From positions 32,001-96,000 of the forward strand of contig JBJKYD010000010.1 in the NCBI GenBank assembly GCA_045561295.1: a DNA stretch of 64,000 nt, written 5' to 3'. The notes under the pieces are model-generated. The model ran no database searches, had not been told where the DNA came from, and was given only the letters and a program-made list of their open reading frames with translations. Shown piece after piece: positions 11,221-21,820 of the stretch. Positions within the stretch are counted from its first letter, which is position 1; each line of letters starts with the position of its first letter. This DNA comes from Gammaproteobacteria bacterium (GTDB lineage: Bacteria; Pseudomonadota; Gammaproteobacteria; GCA-002705445; GCA-002716945). The position numbers were made by a program, and so were the translations under genes.

Positions 11221-12337
11221 TTTTCTTTTTCATATTGTCTATAAACTTTTTAAATAAATTATAAATATCTTGTGGGCCAGGACTAGCCTCTGGATGTCCC
11301 TGGAAGCCATATGCAGGAGTATCTGTTAATTCAATTCCTTGAAGAGATTCATCAAAAAGAGATTTATGCGTGATTTTATGGATGCTTTTTAATGAATCTT
11401 TATCCACTGCAAATCCATGGTTCTGACTGGTTATGTAAACCCTACTTGTATTAACATCAATTACGGGGTGATTTGCGCCATGATGGCCAAACTTCATTTT
11501 ATAGGTTTTTGCACCACTTGCTAAACACATCAACTGAAAACCTAAGCATATTCCAAAAATTGGTATTTGTTTTGATAATAAGTTTCTGATGTTGTTTATG
11601 GCATAGTCACATGCTGCAGGATCCCCAGGGCCATTAGATAGAAATACTCCATCGGGTTTATTTTTCAATACTTCATTATAAGTAGTCTCTGCAGGGACAA
11701 CAGTCACATCGCAACCCAAATCAGTAAGTATTCTTAATATATTTTTTTTAATGCCATAATCATAAGCAAATACTCTCAGCTCTTTTTGACCTTTTGAAGA
11801 CTCAACATTTACTAAATCGTGTGTTCCTTCATTCCAAATATATTGCTCTTTAGTTGTCACATTTTTTGCTAAATCTAATCCATTTAGACCTGGGAATTTT
11901 GATAATAAATCCTTTGCTTGATCCAATTTTTTTATATCTGGCACTATACATCCATTAATAGAACCTTTTTCTCTTAGAAGTGATGTCAAATATCTTGTAT
12001 CTACCGAACATACAGCAGAAATCGTTTTGTCCTTGAGAAATTCAAGAAAATTATTTTCGTTTCTCCAACTACTTTCTTTTGTAGGGTGATTTCTGATAAT
12101 AATTCCTGAGCATCCGTTATAGCTAGACTCATAATCATCGACATTAACTCCAGTGTTCCCAATATGTGGATTAGTAAAAGTAACGATTTGTTTATCGTAT
12201 GATGGATCAGTAATAATTTCCTGATATCCAGTCATAGATGTATTGAATACTATTTCACCTATGGTAATTGAATCATATCCAATTGATTCAGCAGGTATTA
12301 CCGTGCCGTCCGCTAGAAGAATCGCAGAAGATTTCAA
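11213..12337 (-). CDS. carA: Carbamoyl-phosphate synthase small subunit
   Basis: [37 protein letters not shown]; TTG start with AAGGA SD. Confidence 0.98.
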   Translation of the reverse strand: MKSSAILLADGTVIPAESIGYDSITIGEIVFNTSMTGYQEIITDPSYDKQIVTFTNPHIGNTGVNVDDYESSYNGCSGIIIRNHPTKESSWRNENNFLEFLKDKTISAVCSVDTRYLTSLLREKGSINGCIVPDIKKLDQAKDLLSKFPGLNGLDLAKNVTTKEQYIWNEGTHDLVNVESSKGQKELRVFAYDYGIKKNILRILTDLGCDVTVVPAETTYNEVLKNKPDGVFLSNGPGDPAACDYAINNIRNLLSKQIPIFGICLGFQLMCLASGAKTYKMKFGHHGANHPVIDVNTSRVYITSQNHGFAVDKDSLKSIHKITHKSLFDESLQGIELTDTPAYGFQGHPEASPGPQDIYNLFKKFIDNMKKKNA

Positions 12338-12358
12338 GTATTTTTCCTTGTTTTAAAT

Positions 12359-12452
12359 AAAAAAAAAGATGCCTCGATTCGAGTCATCTTATATGTCGTT
12401 TAGCAGGTTCCACTAAAACTAAATGATACGATAAAACTATATGCTATGTCTA
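12359..12452 (-). promoter_or_regulatory. Putative carA promoter and leader attenuator (intrinsic terminator at 12390-12359)
   Basis: TAGACA-18 nt-TATCAT, then a hairpin TTTAGTGG/CTGCTAAA, then AAGATG-CTCG/CGAG-CATCTT with a U-run ending about 20 nt before the carA start. Confidence 0.55.
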
Positions 12453-13267
12453 ATAGATAATACGTTTTTATAGATTTCTTTTTTTGAATCATTCGAGATG
12501 AGGTTGATTATCTCTACTATGTCTTTATTGGTGAATTTCTTCTTAATCAGCTGTTCTACAATTATCAAATAATTTATATCTGGGGTCTTATGTAAGGATT
12601 TTGACGAAATGATGATTACAAACTCTCCTTTTGGGGGATTTTCGCTGTAGTAATTAATCAAATTTGAGACACTATCATGAATAATAGTTTCATAGACCTT
12701 TGTAAGCTCTCTGAATATACCAATTTGAGTCTTCTGCCCGAATATCTCATTTATATCTCTAAGGAGCTTCAATAATCTGTGTTTACTCTCAAATAAACAG
12801 ATAGGATTATTATATAAAACTAATTCAGCTAGCTTCTTTTTTCTGTCGTTATCTTTTTTTGGTAAAAATCCGACGAAAATAAAAGAATTCATTGGTATTT
12901 TTGATACTGATAATGCGCAGCTTAGCGATGATGCTCCTGGTATTGGTATTACATTAATCTCAGGACAAAGTTTTGATAATAAATGATATCCGGGGTCAGA
13001 TATTGATGGTGTCCCAGCATCGGTCACTAAAGCAATATTATTGGATTCTTCAAGGTAAGATATAATTGTACTTGCCTTTCTGACTTCATTGTCTTTGTTA
13101 TATGATATTACTTTCTTTTTAATTCCAAAGTGTGAAAGCAAAGATTTGGTTCTTTCAACACTTTCAGCAAAAATGAAATCTACATCCCTTAATACATTTA
13201 GTGCTCGGATAGTGATATCATCCAAGTTACCTATAGGAGTGGAAACAATATATAACTCGCCATACAT
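12437..13267 (-). CDS. rsmI: 16S rRNA Cm1402 methyltransferase
   Basis: LYIVSTPIGNLDDIT, TDAGTPSISDPG, IPGAS, RELTKVYE, KGEFV. Confidence 0.95.
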   Translation of the reverse strand: MYGELYIVSTPIGNLDDITIRALNVLRDVDFIFAESVERTKSLLSHFGIKKKVISYNKDNEVRKASTIISYLEESNNIALVTDAGTPSISDPGYHLLSKLCPEINVIPIPGASSLSCALSVSKIPMNSFIFVGFLPKKDNDRKKKLAELVLYNNPICLFESKHRLLKLLRDINEIFGQKTQIGIFRELTKVYETIIHDSVSNLINYYSENPPKGEFVIIISSKSLHKTPDINYLIIVEQLIKKKFTNKDIVEIINLISNDSKKEIYKNVLSIRHSI

Positions 13268-13340
13268 AAGAATTACTTTATCATATGTTAAATTATATTA
13301 GATGATATAAAACATAAGACCTAATGAATGTTTATGGAAT

Positions 13341-13958
13341 TTAAAAAAGTTCTTTTTCTGTTTCAGTTAAACTTTCTTGAAAAGCTTCTCTATCAAATAT
13401 TCTCTCTGAGTACTCGCAAATTATTTTATTATTTGAAGCTAAATCAAAATCTAATGATTTTAGTCTCCATAATAATGGTGCCAGGCTACAGTCTACGAGA
13501 CCAAAATCATCGCTCATAAAAAAACTATTTTTAATCATAGGAGCGATTTCAAGTAAATAATTTTTAATTTCATCAACAAACTTCATATCCAAAACTTCAC
13601 CTATATATAACTCGTTATATTTAACATACCAATGTTGTTCTATTTCATTTAATGCAAGCCTAAATTTTGCGCGTGATATTGGGTCTACTGGCAATAGTGG
13701 CGGATGAGGAAACCTCTCATCTAAATACTCGATAATTACTCTAGAATTTTGAAGTATCAACTCTCTATCTACTAGAGAAGGATATTGGTCATAGGGGCTG
13801 ATAACTTTAATTTCATCAGGAATTTTATTTGTATCAACCTCATGGACTTCAGCTGATATCTCCTTCTCTTTAATTACGATGCGAGTTCTATGACTATCCA
13901 GACAGTTTGGGAGAGAGAACAATAGTATCGCAGATCTGCGATTAGCTAATAAGGTCAT
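13341..13958 (-). CDS. sspA: Stringent starvation protein A (GST fold)
   Basis: SHRTRIVIKEK, IIEYLDERFPHPPLLPVDP, DCSLAPLLWRL; follows petC. Confidence 0.93.
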   Translation of the reverse strand: MTLLANRRSAILLFSLPNCLDSHRTRIVIKEKEISAEVHEVDTNKIPDEIKVISPYDQYPSLVDRELILQNSRVIIEYLDERFPHPPLLPVDPISRAKFRLALNEIEQHWYVKYNELYIGEVLDMKFVDEIKNYLLEIAPMIKNSFFMSDDFGLVDCSLAPLLWRLKSLDFDLASNNKIICEYSERIFDREAFQESLTETEKELF

Positions 13959-14674
13959 TACTTAATGTCTCTCCAATACTCAATCTTTAGAAGATACGTA
14001 ATAAAGGCAAAAAATACAAGGAATAACATCACCCATAGACCTATTGAGTACCTTTCTAGTTGAGCAGGCTCAGAGACATAAGTTAAAAAATTTACTAAAT
14101 CAGTTATTTCTTGTTCATATTCTTTTTGAGTGAGCTGCCCCTGAACCTTAACAGTGAGAATATTATTTTCATCCATTTCTTTTAAACCTTCCTTGTACCA
14201 GAGTACATGAGGCATATTTACATTCGGATATAGAACATTATTTACACCCATAGGTCTTGTGTTGTCCTCATAAAAGGATGTTAAAAATGTATATATCCAT
14301 TCAGATCCACGTGAGCGCGCCGTCAGTGTTAAGTCTGGCGGAACAACGCCAAATCCCTCTTTAATAGAGTCATGATTTATAGCATTCACGATTGTAGATC
14401 CCAACTTAGTTTTTTCACCTTTGCTGGTAGTAAGAATAAGATTAGATTTAATCATATCTTCGCTAATTCCTAAATCGCCTACAAATTTACTATACCTATG
14501 ATATTGTAATGTATGACAACCAGCGCAATTATTAAAAAAAATTTGCGCACCTCTTTGAAGAGAGGCTTTATTTCCTAAATCAATTTGTACGGGTTTGAGC
14601 TGACCGCCACTTGCAGCATATGTAAGTTGGGTTGAAAAAATTAGGATAAAAAAAAATACATATTTTTTATTCAT
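13958..14674 (-). CDS. petC: Cytochrome c1
   Basis: SLQRGAQIFFNNCAGCH (CxxCH), PPDLTL, C-terminal TM helix and KIEYWRDIK. Confidence 0.96.
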   Translation of the reverse strand: MNKKYVFFFILIFSTQLTYAASGGQLKPVQIDLGNKASLQRGAQIFFNNCAGCHTLQYHRYSKFVGDLGISEDMIKSNLILTTSKGEKTKLGSTIVNAINHDSIKEGFGVVPPDLTLTARSRGSEWIYTFLTSFYEDNTRPMGVNNVLYPNVNMPHVLWYKEGLKEMDENNILTVKVQGQLTQKEYEQEITDLVNFLTYVSEPAQLERYSIGLWVMLFLVFFAFITYLLKIEYWRDIK

Positions 14675-15884
14675 ACATAGTTACTCTTTCCGGTACGGGC
14701 TTTGTTTTCTCATTCTTACTCGTGAGATAAAGCAACACAAAGAATCCAAAGTAAACTAATGTGAACAATCTGCCTAATATAGTCAAAATGGGTGTAGGCG
14801 CCTTCATGCCGATATAACCTAAACCGATAAAGCTTATTACAAAAGATACGAGTAAGATTTTATATGTTAATGATCTATATCTTATAGATTTAACTTTACA
14901 TCTATCCAACCAAGGCATTAAAAAGAGAACAAAAATAGCAAGGCCCATTGCTAAAACACCACCAAGCTTATCAGGAATTGCCCTAAGAATTGCATAAAAA
15001 GGAGTAAAGTACCAAACAGGGACGATATGTTCTGGTGTTTTTAATGGATCTGCTGGAACAAAGTTATCTTTCTCAAGAAAAAAACCTCCAAATTCTGGAA
15101 GAAAAAACACTACAAACATAAATATAGTTAAAAATACTGCGAGACCAAAGATGTCTTTAACTGTGTAATAAGGATGAAAAGGGATGCCGTCAACTGGTTT
15201 ACCATCTTTATCTTTATTTTGTTTTATCTCCACTCCATCAGGATTATTTGAGCCTACTGTATGTAAAGCTGCAATATGCAGATAGATTACAGCAAAAAGT
15301 AAAAGCGGAAGAGCTATAACATGGAAGGCAAAGAATCTATTCAATGTAGCATCTGAGATTACATAATCACCGCGTATCCATAAAGCCAAAGACTCACCTA
15401 CAAATGGAATCGCACCAAACAATGATATGATTACTTGGGCTCCCCAGTATGACATTTGACCCCAAGGTAAAAGATATCCCATGAACGCCTCTGCCATTAA
15501 AAGTACAAATATAAACATTCCAAATAGCCACAATAGTTCTCTTGGTTTTTTATATGATCCATACATCAAGGCTCTCAACATGTGTAAATAAATTATAATG
15601 AAGAAAAATGAAGCTCCAGTAGAATGCATATACCTAATTAACCAGCCCCATTCTACATCTCTCATGATGTATTCAACTGAGGCAAATGCTGAGGCAGCAT
15701 CTGGCTTATAGTTGATAGTGAGGAATATACCTGTGATAATTTGCATTATAAATACGAATAATGCCAAGCTCCCAAAAAAGTAAAAAAAGTTGAAGTTTTT
15801 AGGTGCGTAATATTCAGATAAGTGGTTTTTTACAAAGTTCGATACCGGCAATCTTTCATCAATCCATGTTATAAATTTACTCAT
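14667..15884 (-). CDS. petB: Cytochrome b of the bc1 complex
   Basis: GWLIRYMHSTGAS, GYLLPWGQMSYWGAQVI, HIVPVWYF (proteobacterial PVWY variant of PEWY). Confidence 0.98.
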   Translation of the reverse strand: MSKFITWIDERLPVSNFVKNHLSEYYAPKNFNFFYFFGSLALFVFIMQIITGIFLTINYKPDAASAFASVEYIMRDVEWGWLIRYMHSTGASFFFIIIYLHMLRALMYGSYKKPRELLWLFGMFIFVLLMAEAFMGYLLPWGQMSYWGAQVIISLFGAIPFVGESLALWIRGDYVISDATLNRFFAFHVIALPLLLFAVIYLHIAALHTVGSNNPDGVEIKQNKDKDGKPVDGIPFHPYYTVKDIFGLAVFLTIFMFVVFFLPEFGGFFLEKDNFVPADPLKTPEHIVPVWYFTPFYAILRAIPDKLGGVLAMGLAIFVLFLMPWLDRCKVKSIRYRSLTYKILLVSFVISFIGLGYIGMKAPTPILTILGRLFTLVYFGFFVLLYLTSKNEKTKPVPERVTMYE

Positions 15885-16480
15885 TATGTTTTATCCTCTC
15901 CAACGACTAACTTAGTCTCACTTGCAAAATAATGTGGTGGTACTTCAAGATTATAAGGCGCTGGCATTGCCTTATATACTCTTCCAGATAAATCAAACTT
16001 TGATCCGTGACAGGGACAGAAGAATCCTCCTTTCCACTCGAGGCCTAAGTCCTTATTCTCTCCTGGTTTATACAATGGTGAACAACCTAAGTGGGTACAT
16101 ACTCCGACTAGAACCAAATATTCAGGCTTTACCGATCTAAATTTATTCTGAGCATATTGCGGTTGATATTCCTCATCCGATTTAGGATCAGCTAGATGCT
16201 CGGCATCATTTTTAATCTTTTCAAGCATCTCTGTTGTTCTATGAACTATCCAAACAGGCTTTCCTCTCCATTCAACAATTTTAAATGCACCAGGTTGGAT
16301 TGCAGATATATCTATTTCTATAGGCGCACCTGCCATTTTCGTTTTTTCACTTGGGGACATTGAAGATAAAAATGGGATTGCAGCAAAAATTGCTCCGACA
16401 CCGCCCACTACTTTTGTTACATTCGTAAGAAAATTTCTTCTATTTGATGAATTATTATTATCGCTCATGTCCCTGTTCAC
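15884..16480 (-). CDS. petA: Rieske iron-sulfur subunit of the bc1 complex
   Basis: Tat motif RRNFL; CTHLGC and CPCHGS; the start may be ATG 16468. Confidence 0.97.
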   Translation of the reverse strand: MNRDMSDNNNSSNRRNFLTNVTKVVGGVGAIFAAIPFLSSMSPSEKTKMAGAPIEIDISAIQPGAFKIVEWRGKPVWIVHRTTEMLEKIKNDAEHLADPKSDEEYQPQYAQNKFRSVKPEYLVLVGVCTHLGCSPLYKPGENKDLGLEWKGGFFCPCHGSKFDLSGRVYKAMPAPYNLEVPPHYFASETKLVVGEDKT

Positions 16481-16553
16481 TTTTTTAATTCTGTCGATAA
16501 TATATCATATAATGATTCTCTAATATATACTTTTAGACATAGAAATTAATATT

Positions 16554-17549
16554 ATGTTTAAAGAACTTTTAAAATATATGGTAATTGGTGTTGTTGCAGG
16601 TATCGCATCGTATTTAGTTATTTTAGATACACCGGTCTCTATAAAAGTAAATCAGACTTCAAATGAAAATATTATATCGGGGAAAAATTCTTATAACTAT
16701 ATATATGAAGCTGTAAAAGATTCTGTTGTTACAATACAAACAGACAAAGGAAGAGGTTCAGGTGTTATCGTAACTTCTGATGGGCATATTGTTACAAATG
16801 AACATGTAATTAGACAAGCTCAAATAGTTAACATTATAACTACTGATAATAAAATCTATCCGGCGAAAATTATTGGGGTAGATTCTATAACTGATATAGC
16901 GTTATTGCATAGTAATTATGAGGGTAAATCAATTACTTTTTCCGATTCCACATTGGTAAAAATAGGAGATATAGTTCTAGCTATAGGCAATCCATTTGGA
17001 GTTGGACAGACATTGACCCAGGGAATAATTTCAAGAACAAATAGTGGACATATAACCGAAAACCCGCTTGATGAATTCCTCCAATCTGATGCTGCTATCA
17101 ATCCAGGAAATTCAGGTGGGGCAATGGTTAATACAGATGGAAATTTAGTTGGCATTAACACCATGAACTTATCTCTTGGCGGCGGCAGTGATGGAATTGG
17201 GTTAGCAGTGCCCTCTAACCTTGTGAGAAACATCACTGAACAGATAATCAAGTATGGAAGGGTAGTCAGAGGCTATGTCGGTATGTCTGCATATAACACT
17301 CCAAGCGGAGTAGTCATAACAAATGTACTAAAAAATGGTCCAGCAGACGAATCTGGATTAACCCCTGGGGATATCATTGTGAGTATTGATGGTATAATAA
17401 TAGAGAATATCAAACAGGTAGTAAAAATTGTAGCCTCTTTTGAGGTAGATCAAAAAGTAACTCTCAAATATCGAAGAGGTGAAGAATTGGTTGAGTCTTC
17501 TATTAAGGTAACCGCGATGCCAGCAACTCATAAAACCATAAATAGATAG
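16554..17549 (+). CDS. degS: HtrA-family serine protease with one PDZ domain (DegS-like)
   Basis: N-terminal TM helix, TNEHV, DIALL, AINPGNSGG, single PDZ; position between hisD and petA. Confidence 0.8.
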   Translation: MFKELLKYMVIGVVAGIASYLVILDTPVSIKVNQTSNENIISGKNSYNYIYEAVKDSVVTIQTDKGRGSGVIVTSDGHIVTNEHVIRQAQIVNIITTDNKIYPAKIIGVDSITDIALLHSNYEGKSITFSDSTLVKIGDIVLAIGNPFGVGQTLTQGIISRTNSGHITENPLDEFLQSDAAINPGNSGGAMVNTDGNLVGINTMNLSLGGGSDGIGLAVPSNLVRNITEQIIKYGRVVRGYVGMSAYNTPSGVVITNVLKNGPADESGLTPGDIIVSIDGIIIENIKQVVKIVASFEVDQKVTLKYRRGEELVESSIKVTAMPATHKTINR

Positions 17550-18839
17550 TTACTTTCTATACTTAGCTGATTCTGAATGTGAATATAACCCTTCGCTGTC
17601 TGCAATAGAAATAGCTATTTTTGAAAGCTCTTTTGCATGAGTCTTTGATATTTGCATAATGCTAGACCGTTTTAAAAAGTCATAAACTCCTAAAGGTGAA
17701 GCGTATTTAGCCGTACCGTTTGTTGGAAGCACATGGTTGGGTCCAGCACAATAATCTCCGAAAACCTCAGGGCTAGACTCGCCTATAAAAATTGCACCAG
17801 CATTATTAATTTTTTTTGGTAAGTTTAATTTTTTATAGCCAAGAATCTCTAAATGTTCAGGAGCTATGGAATTTGCTATATTTACAATGTCAGACTGTGT
17901 TTTTACTTTGATAAACAACCCTCTCGAAGTAAGTGATTTTTTTATAATATCTTTTCTTTTTTGATTTTTAATCATTATGTTAATTTTTTTACTCACGTCT
18001 AAAATTAACTTATCACTTGTTGTCAGTAAAATTGATTGTGCCATTTCATCATGTTCAGCCTGAGCAAACATATCAATAGCTATACATTCTGGATTCACAT
18101 CTTTATCAGCAATAATTAATATTTCTGATGGTCCTGCAAAACTGTCAATACCAACTGTACCAAATACTTTTCTTTTAGCAGTAGCTACATAGATATTCCC
18201 TGGGCCTACAATTTTATGAACTTGTTTAATAGTTTCTGTGCCATAAGCAAGAGCCCCAATCGCATGAGCTCCACCAATTTTATAGATTTCATCGACTTCA
18301 CATAAATCTGCAGCAACTAAAACAAGTGGGTCAAGTTTCCCATTAATTGGAGGACAAACCATAGTTATATTTTTTACACCCGCTGTTCTTGCAGGAATTG
18401 CATTCATCAATACAGTAGACGGATAGGATGCTTTGCCACCTGGAACGTATATACCGACCCTTTCAATAGCTGTCACTTTCTCTCCAAGTGTTGATCCATT
18501 GATTTTCATTGACCAACTTTTCAGCATTTGTTTTCTTGAAAATTTTTTTATATTTATTATTGCTTTTTTTAGACTTGTTAATGTTTGTTTAGATATATGT
18601 GAATAAGCTTTGACTATTTCAGCTTTTGATACATCAGATTCAGATGTACTTTTATAGGCAGTCTTGTCAAATCTTTTAGATAATTTTATTAAAGCTTTGT
18701 CTTTATTTTTTTTAATATCCTCTAATATTAGAGAAACAGAAGTTTCGATAGCTTTCGAGTTTTCGACCTTCAATTTAAGATATTCATTTAAGTCTTTATT
18801 AAAGTTCGTTTTACTAATATCTAAAGTTTTAATTTTCAT
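17550..18839 (-). CDS. hisD: Histidinol dehydrogenase
   Basis: GIYVPGGKASYPS, AGPSE, QAEHD, APEHLE, GDYCAGPNHVLPT. Confidence 0.97.
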   Translation of the reverse strand: MKIKTLDISKTNFNKDLNEYLKLKVENSKAIETSVSLILEDIKKNKDKALIKLSKRFDKTAYKSTSESDVSKAEIVKAYSHISKQTLTSLKKAIINIKKFSRKQMLKSWSMKINGSTLGEKVTAIERVGIYVPGGKASYPSTVLMNAIPARTAGVKNITMVCPPINGKLDPLVLVAADLCEVDEIYKIGGAHAIGALAYGTETIKQVHKIVGPGNIYVATAKRKVFGTVGIDSFAGPSEILIIADKDVNPECIAIDMFAQAEHDEMAQSILLTTSDKLILDVSKKINIMIKNQKRKDIIKKSLTSRGLFIKVKTQSDIVNIANSIAPEHLEILGYKKLNLPKKINNAGAIFIGESSPEVFGDYCAGPNHVLPTNGTAKYASPLGVYDFLKRSSIMQISKTHAKELSKIAISIADSEGLYSHSESAKYRK

Positions 18840-19888
18840 AAATTATTTTTTAATGCTTCATCGAGTGATAAAATTATTTCTTCAGTTTCATTCCATCCTA
18901 TGCATGAATCTGTAATGCTTTGACCGTATTTTAGTTTTTCTCTGCTATTAATTTTTTGATTGCCTTCTACAAGGTTACTTTCTAGCATAATTCCGATGAT
19001 ATTTTTTTCACCATTACATATCTGTTGTTTGACATCTTCGACAACAGTGGACTGTTTTTTATAATCCTTTTTACTGTTGGCGTGGCTTGCGTCAATCATA
19101 ATATTAGGTTTCAAATTATTATTCTCTAATGTGATAGTAGATTCCTTCACATCCTTAGAAGAGAAATTTGTTTTTTTATTACCTCCGCGGAGAATTATGT
19201 GGCAGTCATTGTTGCCTGCTGTGTTGAATATTGCGGACTTTCCTTCTTTTGTTACAGATAAAAAACTATGAGAGTGTCTTGCAGCATTCATTGCATCAAT
19301 TGCAATTTGAATACTACCATCTGTTCCATTTTTAAATCCAACTGGGCAAGATAATCCTGAAGCAAGCTCTCTATGACTCTGACTTTCTGTAGTTCTAGCG
19401 CCAATTGCACCCCAACTTATCAAGTCAGATAAATATTGTGGGCTTACTAAATCAAGAAACTCATGACCACATGGTATGTTCATCTCGGATAGGTCTATTA
19501 ATAACTGTCTTGCTATTTTTATACCATTGTTGATTTTAAAAGATCCATCTAAATCTGGGTCATTAATTAAACCCTTCCATCCAATGACTGTTCTTGGTTT
19601 TTCAAAATATACCCTCATGACCAATAAGCTATTATCAGATAATGAGTTTTTTAAAGTTTTTAATTTGATAGCGTATTCTTTTGCTGCATCAATATCATGT
19701 ATTGAGCAAGGGCCAACAACAATTACAAATTTCTTTGATGTTTTGTCAAGGATATTTTTGATTTCAGATCTTGTGTCAATTATGGTTTTTATTCCAGAAT
19801 CTGAAGGCGAAAGCTCACTTATAATATCTTTAGGGCTTATCAGTTCTTGCGTGTTGATTATCCTTACATCATCTGTTTTATTTATCAT
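18836..19888 (-). CDS. aroG: Class I-alpha DAHP synthase (feedback class undetermined)
   Basis: GPCSIHD, RVYFEKPRT, IGARTTESQ, GFKNGTDG, DASHANS, YGQSITDSC. Confidence 0.93.
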   Translation of the reverse strand: MINKTDDVRIINTQELISPKDIISELSPSDSGIKTIIDTRSEIKNILDKTSKKFVIVVGPCSIHDIDAAKEYAIKLKTLKNSLSDNSLLVMRVYFEKPRTVIGWKGLINDPDLDGSFKINNGIKIARQLLIDLSEMNIPCGHEFLDLVSPQYLSDLISWGAIGARTTESQSHRELASGLSCPVGFKNGTDGSIQIAIDAMNAARHSHSFLSVTKEGKSAIFNTAGNNDCHIILRGGNKKTNFSSKDVKESTITLENNNLKPNIMIDASHANSKKDYKKQSTVVEDVKQQICNGEKNIIGIMLESNLVEGNQKINSREKLKYGQSITDSCIGWNETEEIILSLDEALKNNL

Positions 19889-20495
19889 GAGTCTTAACCC
19901 TGTCTATGAGTGAATTTATTTCTTTATTTTTTAATTTATATGAAACTTTATTTGCAATTAATAATGATGATATATCGAAAATTTTATCAAATTCTTTTAA
20001 TCCATTTTCTTTCAGAGTTTTGCCCGACTCGACTATATCAACAATAAAATCAGAAAGCGACAGAACTGGAGCAAGCTCTATAGAGCCATATAGCTTAAGG
20101 ATAGAACACTGTAATCCTATCTCTTCAAAATAGTTTTTTGCTGCATTTGGATATTTTGTTGCAATTTTCATATTATTGAAATAAGCAGTATTTGGCTTTC
20201 CCGCAACTACAAGTTTGCATTTAGCTATTTGGAGATCTAGAAGACGATAATGATTACCGAGACTCTCCTCCAAAAGAGTATCAAATCCTACTATTCCTAT
20301 ATCTACTTTTCCCGAATCAATATAAACGGGAACATCACTTGCCTTAATAACAATAATCTCAAGATTTTTCATATTAGTAGGAATTATCAATTTTCTAGAA
20401 TCTATAGGATTAAATTTACAATTAATATTAATTCTGCGAAGAATTTCAATAGCTTGTTCTAATATTCTTCCCTTGGAGATGGCTAATCTAATCAT
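19878..20495 (-). CDS. hisG: ATP phosphoribosyltransferase, short (HisZ-dependent) form
   Basis: AISKGRI, IATKYPN, LYGSIELAP, DIVESGKTLKENGL; 205 aa with no C-terminal regulatory domain. Confidence 0.95.
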   Translation of the reverse strand: MIRLAISKGRILEQAIEILRRININCKFNPIDSRKLIIPTNMKNLEIIVIKASDVPVYIDSGKVDIGIVGFDTLLEESLGNHYRLLDLQIAKCKLVVAGKPNTAYFNNMKIATKYPNAAKNYFEEIGLQCSILKLYGSIELAPVLSLSDFIVDIVESGKTLKENGLKEFDKIFDISSLLIANKVSYKLKNKEINSLIDRVKTHDK

Positions 20496-20506
20496 TTGGT
20501 AGCATT

Positions 20507-21766
20507 TTACATGGGTTTTCTTGAAATCCTAGCCCCAATTAACTGTAGTTTTTCCTCTATACAGTCATAACCTCTATCTATGTGATAAACTCTTGCAATT
20601 TCTGTAGTTCCCTCAGCAGCTAGTCCTGCTAATATTAGGCTAGCTGAAGCCCTTAAATCTGTTGCCATTACTGGTGCTGCAAAAAGTTTTTTTGTCCCAG
20701 ATATTGTAGCGGTATTATCGTCTACCTTTATTGATGCACCCATTCTTTCAAGTTCTTGAACATGCATGAACCGATTTTCAAAAATGTTCTCTCTAACGTA
20801 ACTGTCGCCTTTTGCTACAGAATTTAGAGCGGTCATTTGTGCCTGCATATCTGTGGGAAAGTATGGATAAGCATTTGTTTCTATGTCAACCGCCTTTGGT
20901 CGTTGTCTCATCTTTACTCTAATAGAATTATCAGTAGAAGTAATTTCTGCTCCAGCTTCAATAAGCTTTTCAATTACAGCGTGAGAATGTTCAGGAACAA
21001 TATTGTTTATCTCTACATCTCCTCTAGTTATAGCCGCTGCTATCATAAATGTCCCTGCTTCTATTCTATCTGGTAAGGGCTTATGTTTTGTTCCTCTTAG
21101 AGTATCTACTCCGTCAATCTCAATCATGTCAGTACCATATCCACTTATCTTGGCTCCCATTTTATTTAAAAAAAGGCATAAGTCTGAAATTTCTGGCTCG
21201 TTAGCTGCATTGCTAATTTTTGTTTGTCCTTTAGCTAATGATGCAGCCATAATAATATTTTCTGTTCCAGTAACTGTTTTTTTCTCAAAAGTAATATTAG
21301 CCCCTATTAATCTCTTTGATCGTGCAGTGATATAACCTCTTTCAACTTTAATTTCAGCACCCATTTTTTTAAGCGCCTTTAGATGCATGTCCACTGGTCT
21401 TAATCCAATAGCGCAACCACCTGGAAGAGAGACTTTTGCTTCACCAAATCTTGAAAGTAATGGTCCTAATACCAATATGGATGATCTCATTGTCTTCACT
21501 AAATCATACGGAGCATAGAAATTATCAATTGCTGATGGATCAAGACTAATATTCATAAATTCATCCATAGTAACGCTGACACCCATTTGTGTTAGTAATC
21601 TTGTAGTAGTTGTAACGTCTTGTAAATGAGGTACATTTTCTAATTGTACAACTCCTGTTGTAGGCATTACAGATGCGCAAAGCATTGGCAGAACAGAGTT
21701 CTTAGCACCTGATATCTTTACGGAGCCAGACAAAGATTGACCGCCTTGAATTAATAATTTATCCAT
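20507..21766 (-). CDS. murA: UDP-N-acetylglucosamine 1-carboxyvinyltransferase
   Basis: [22 protein letters not shown] (active Cys), [15 protein letters not shown]. Confidence 0.98.
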   Translation of the reverse strand: MDKLLIQGGQSLSGSVKISGAKNSVLPMLCASVMPTTGVVQLENVPHLQDVTTTTRLLTQMGVSVTMDEFMNISLDPSAIDNFYAPYDLVKTMRSSILVLGPLLSRFGEAKVSLPGGCAIGLRPVDMHLKALKKMGAEIKVERGYITARSKRLIGANITFEKKTVTGTENIIMAASLAKGQTKISNAANEPEISDLCLFLNKMGAKISGYGTDMIEIDGVDTLRGTKHKPLPDRIEAGTFMIAAAITRGDVEINNIVPEHSHAVIEKLIEAGAEITSTDNSIRVKMRQRPKAVDIETNAYPYFPTDMQAQMTALNSVAKGDSYVRENIFENRFMHVQELERMGASIKVDDNTATISGTKKLFAAPVMATDLRASASLILAGLAAEGTTEIARVYHIDRGYDCIEEKLQLIGARISRKPM

Positions 21767-21820
21767 AGTTATTTTTTTAAGTTTGTTTCGGTATTCTAAG
21801 AGTTTATACTCAATAAAGCT

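Noticed and set aside
12370-12390. GATTCGAGTC resembling a tRNA T-loop
   Set aside because: No cloverleaf; it is the terminator stem-loop of the carA leader
12338-12436. RNase P RNA expected downstream of rsmI
   Set aside because: The gap is only about 100 nt and lacks the GAGGAAAGTCC core
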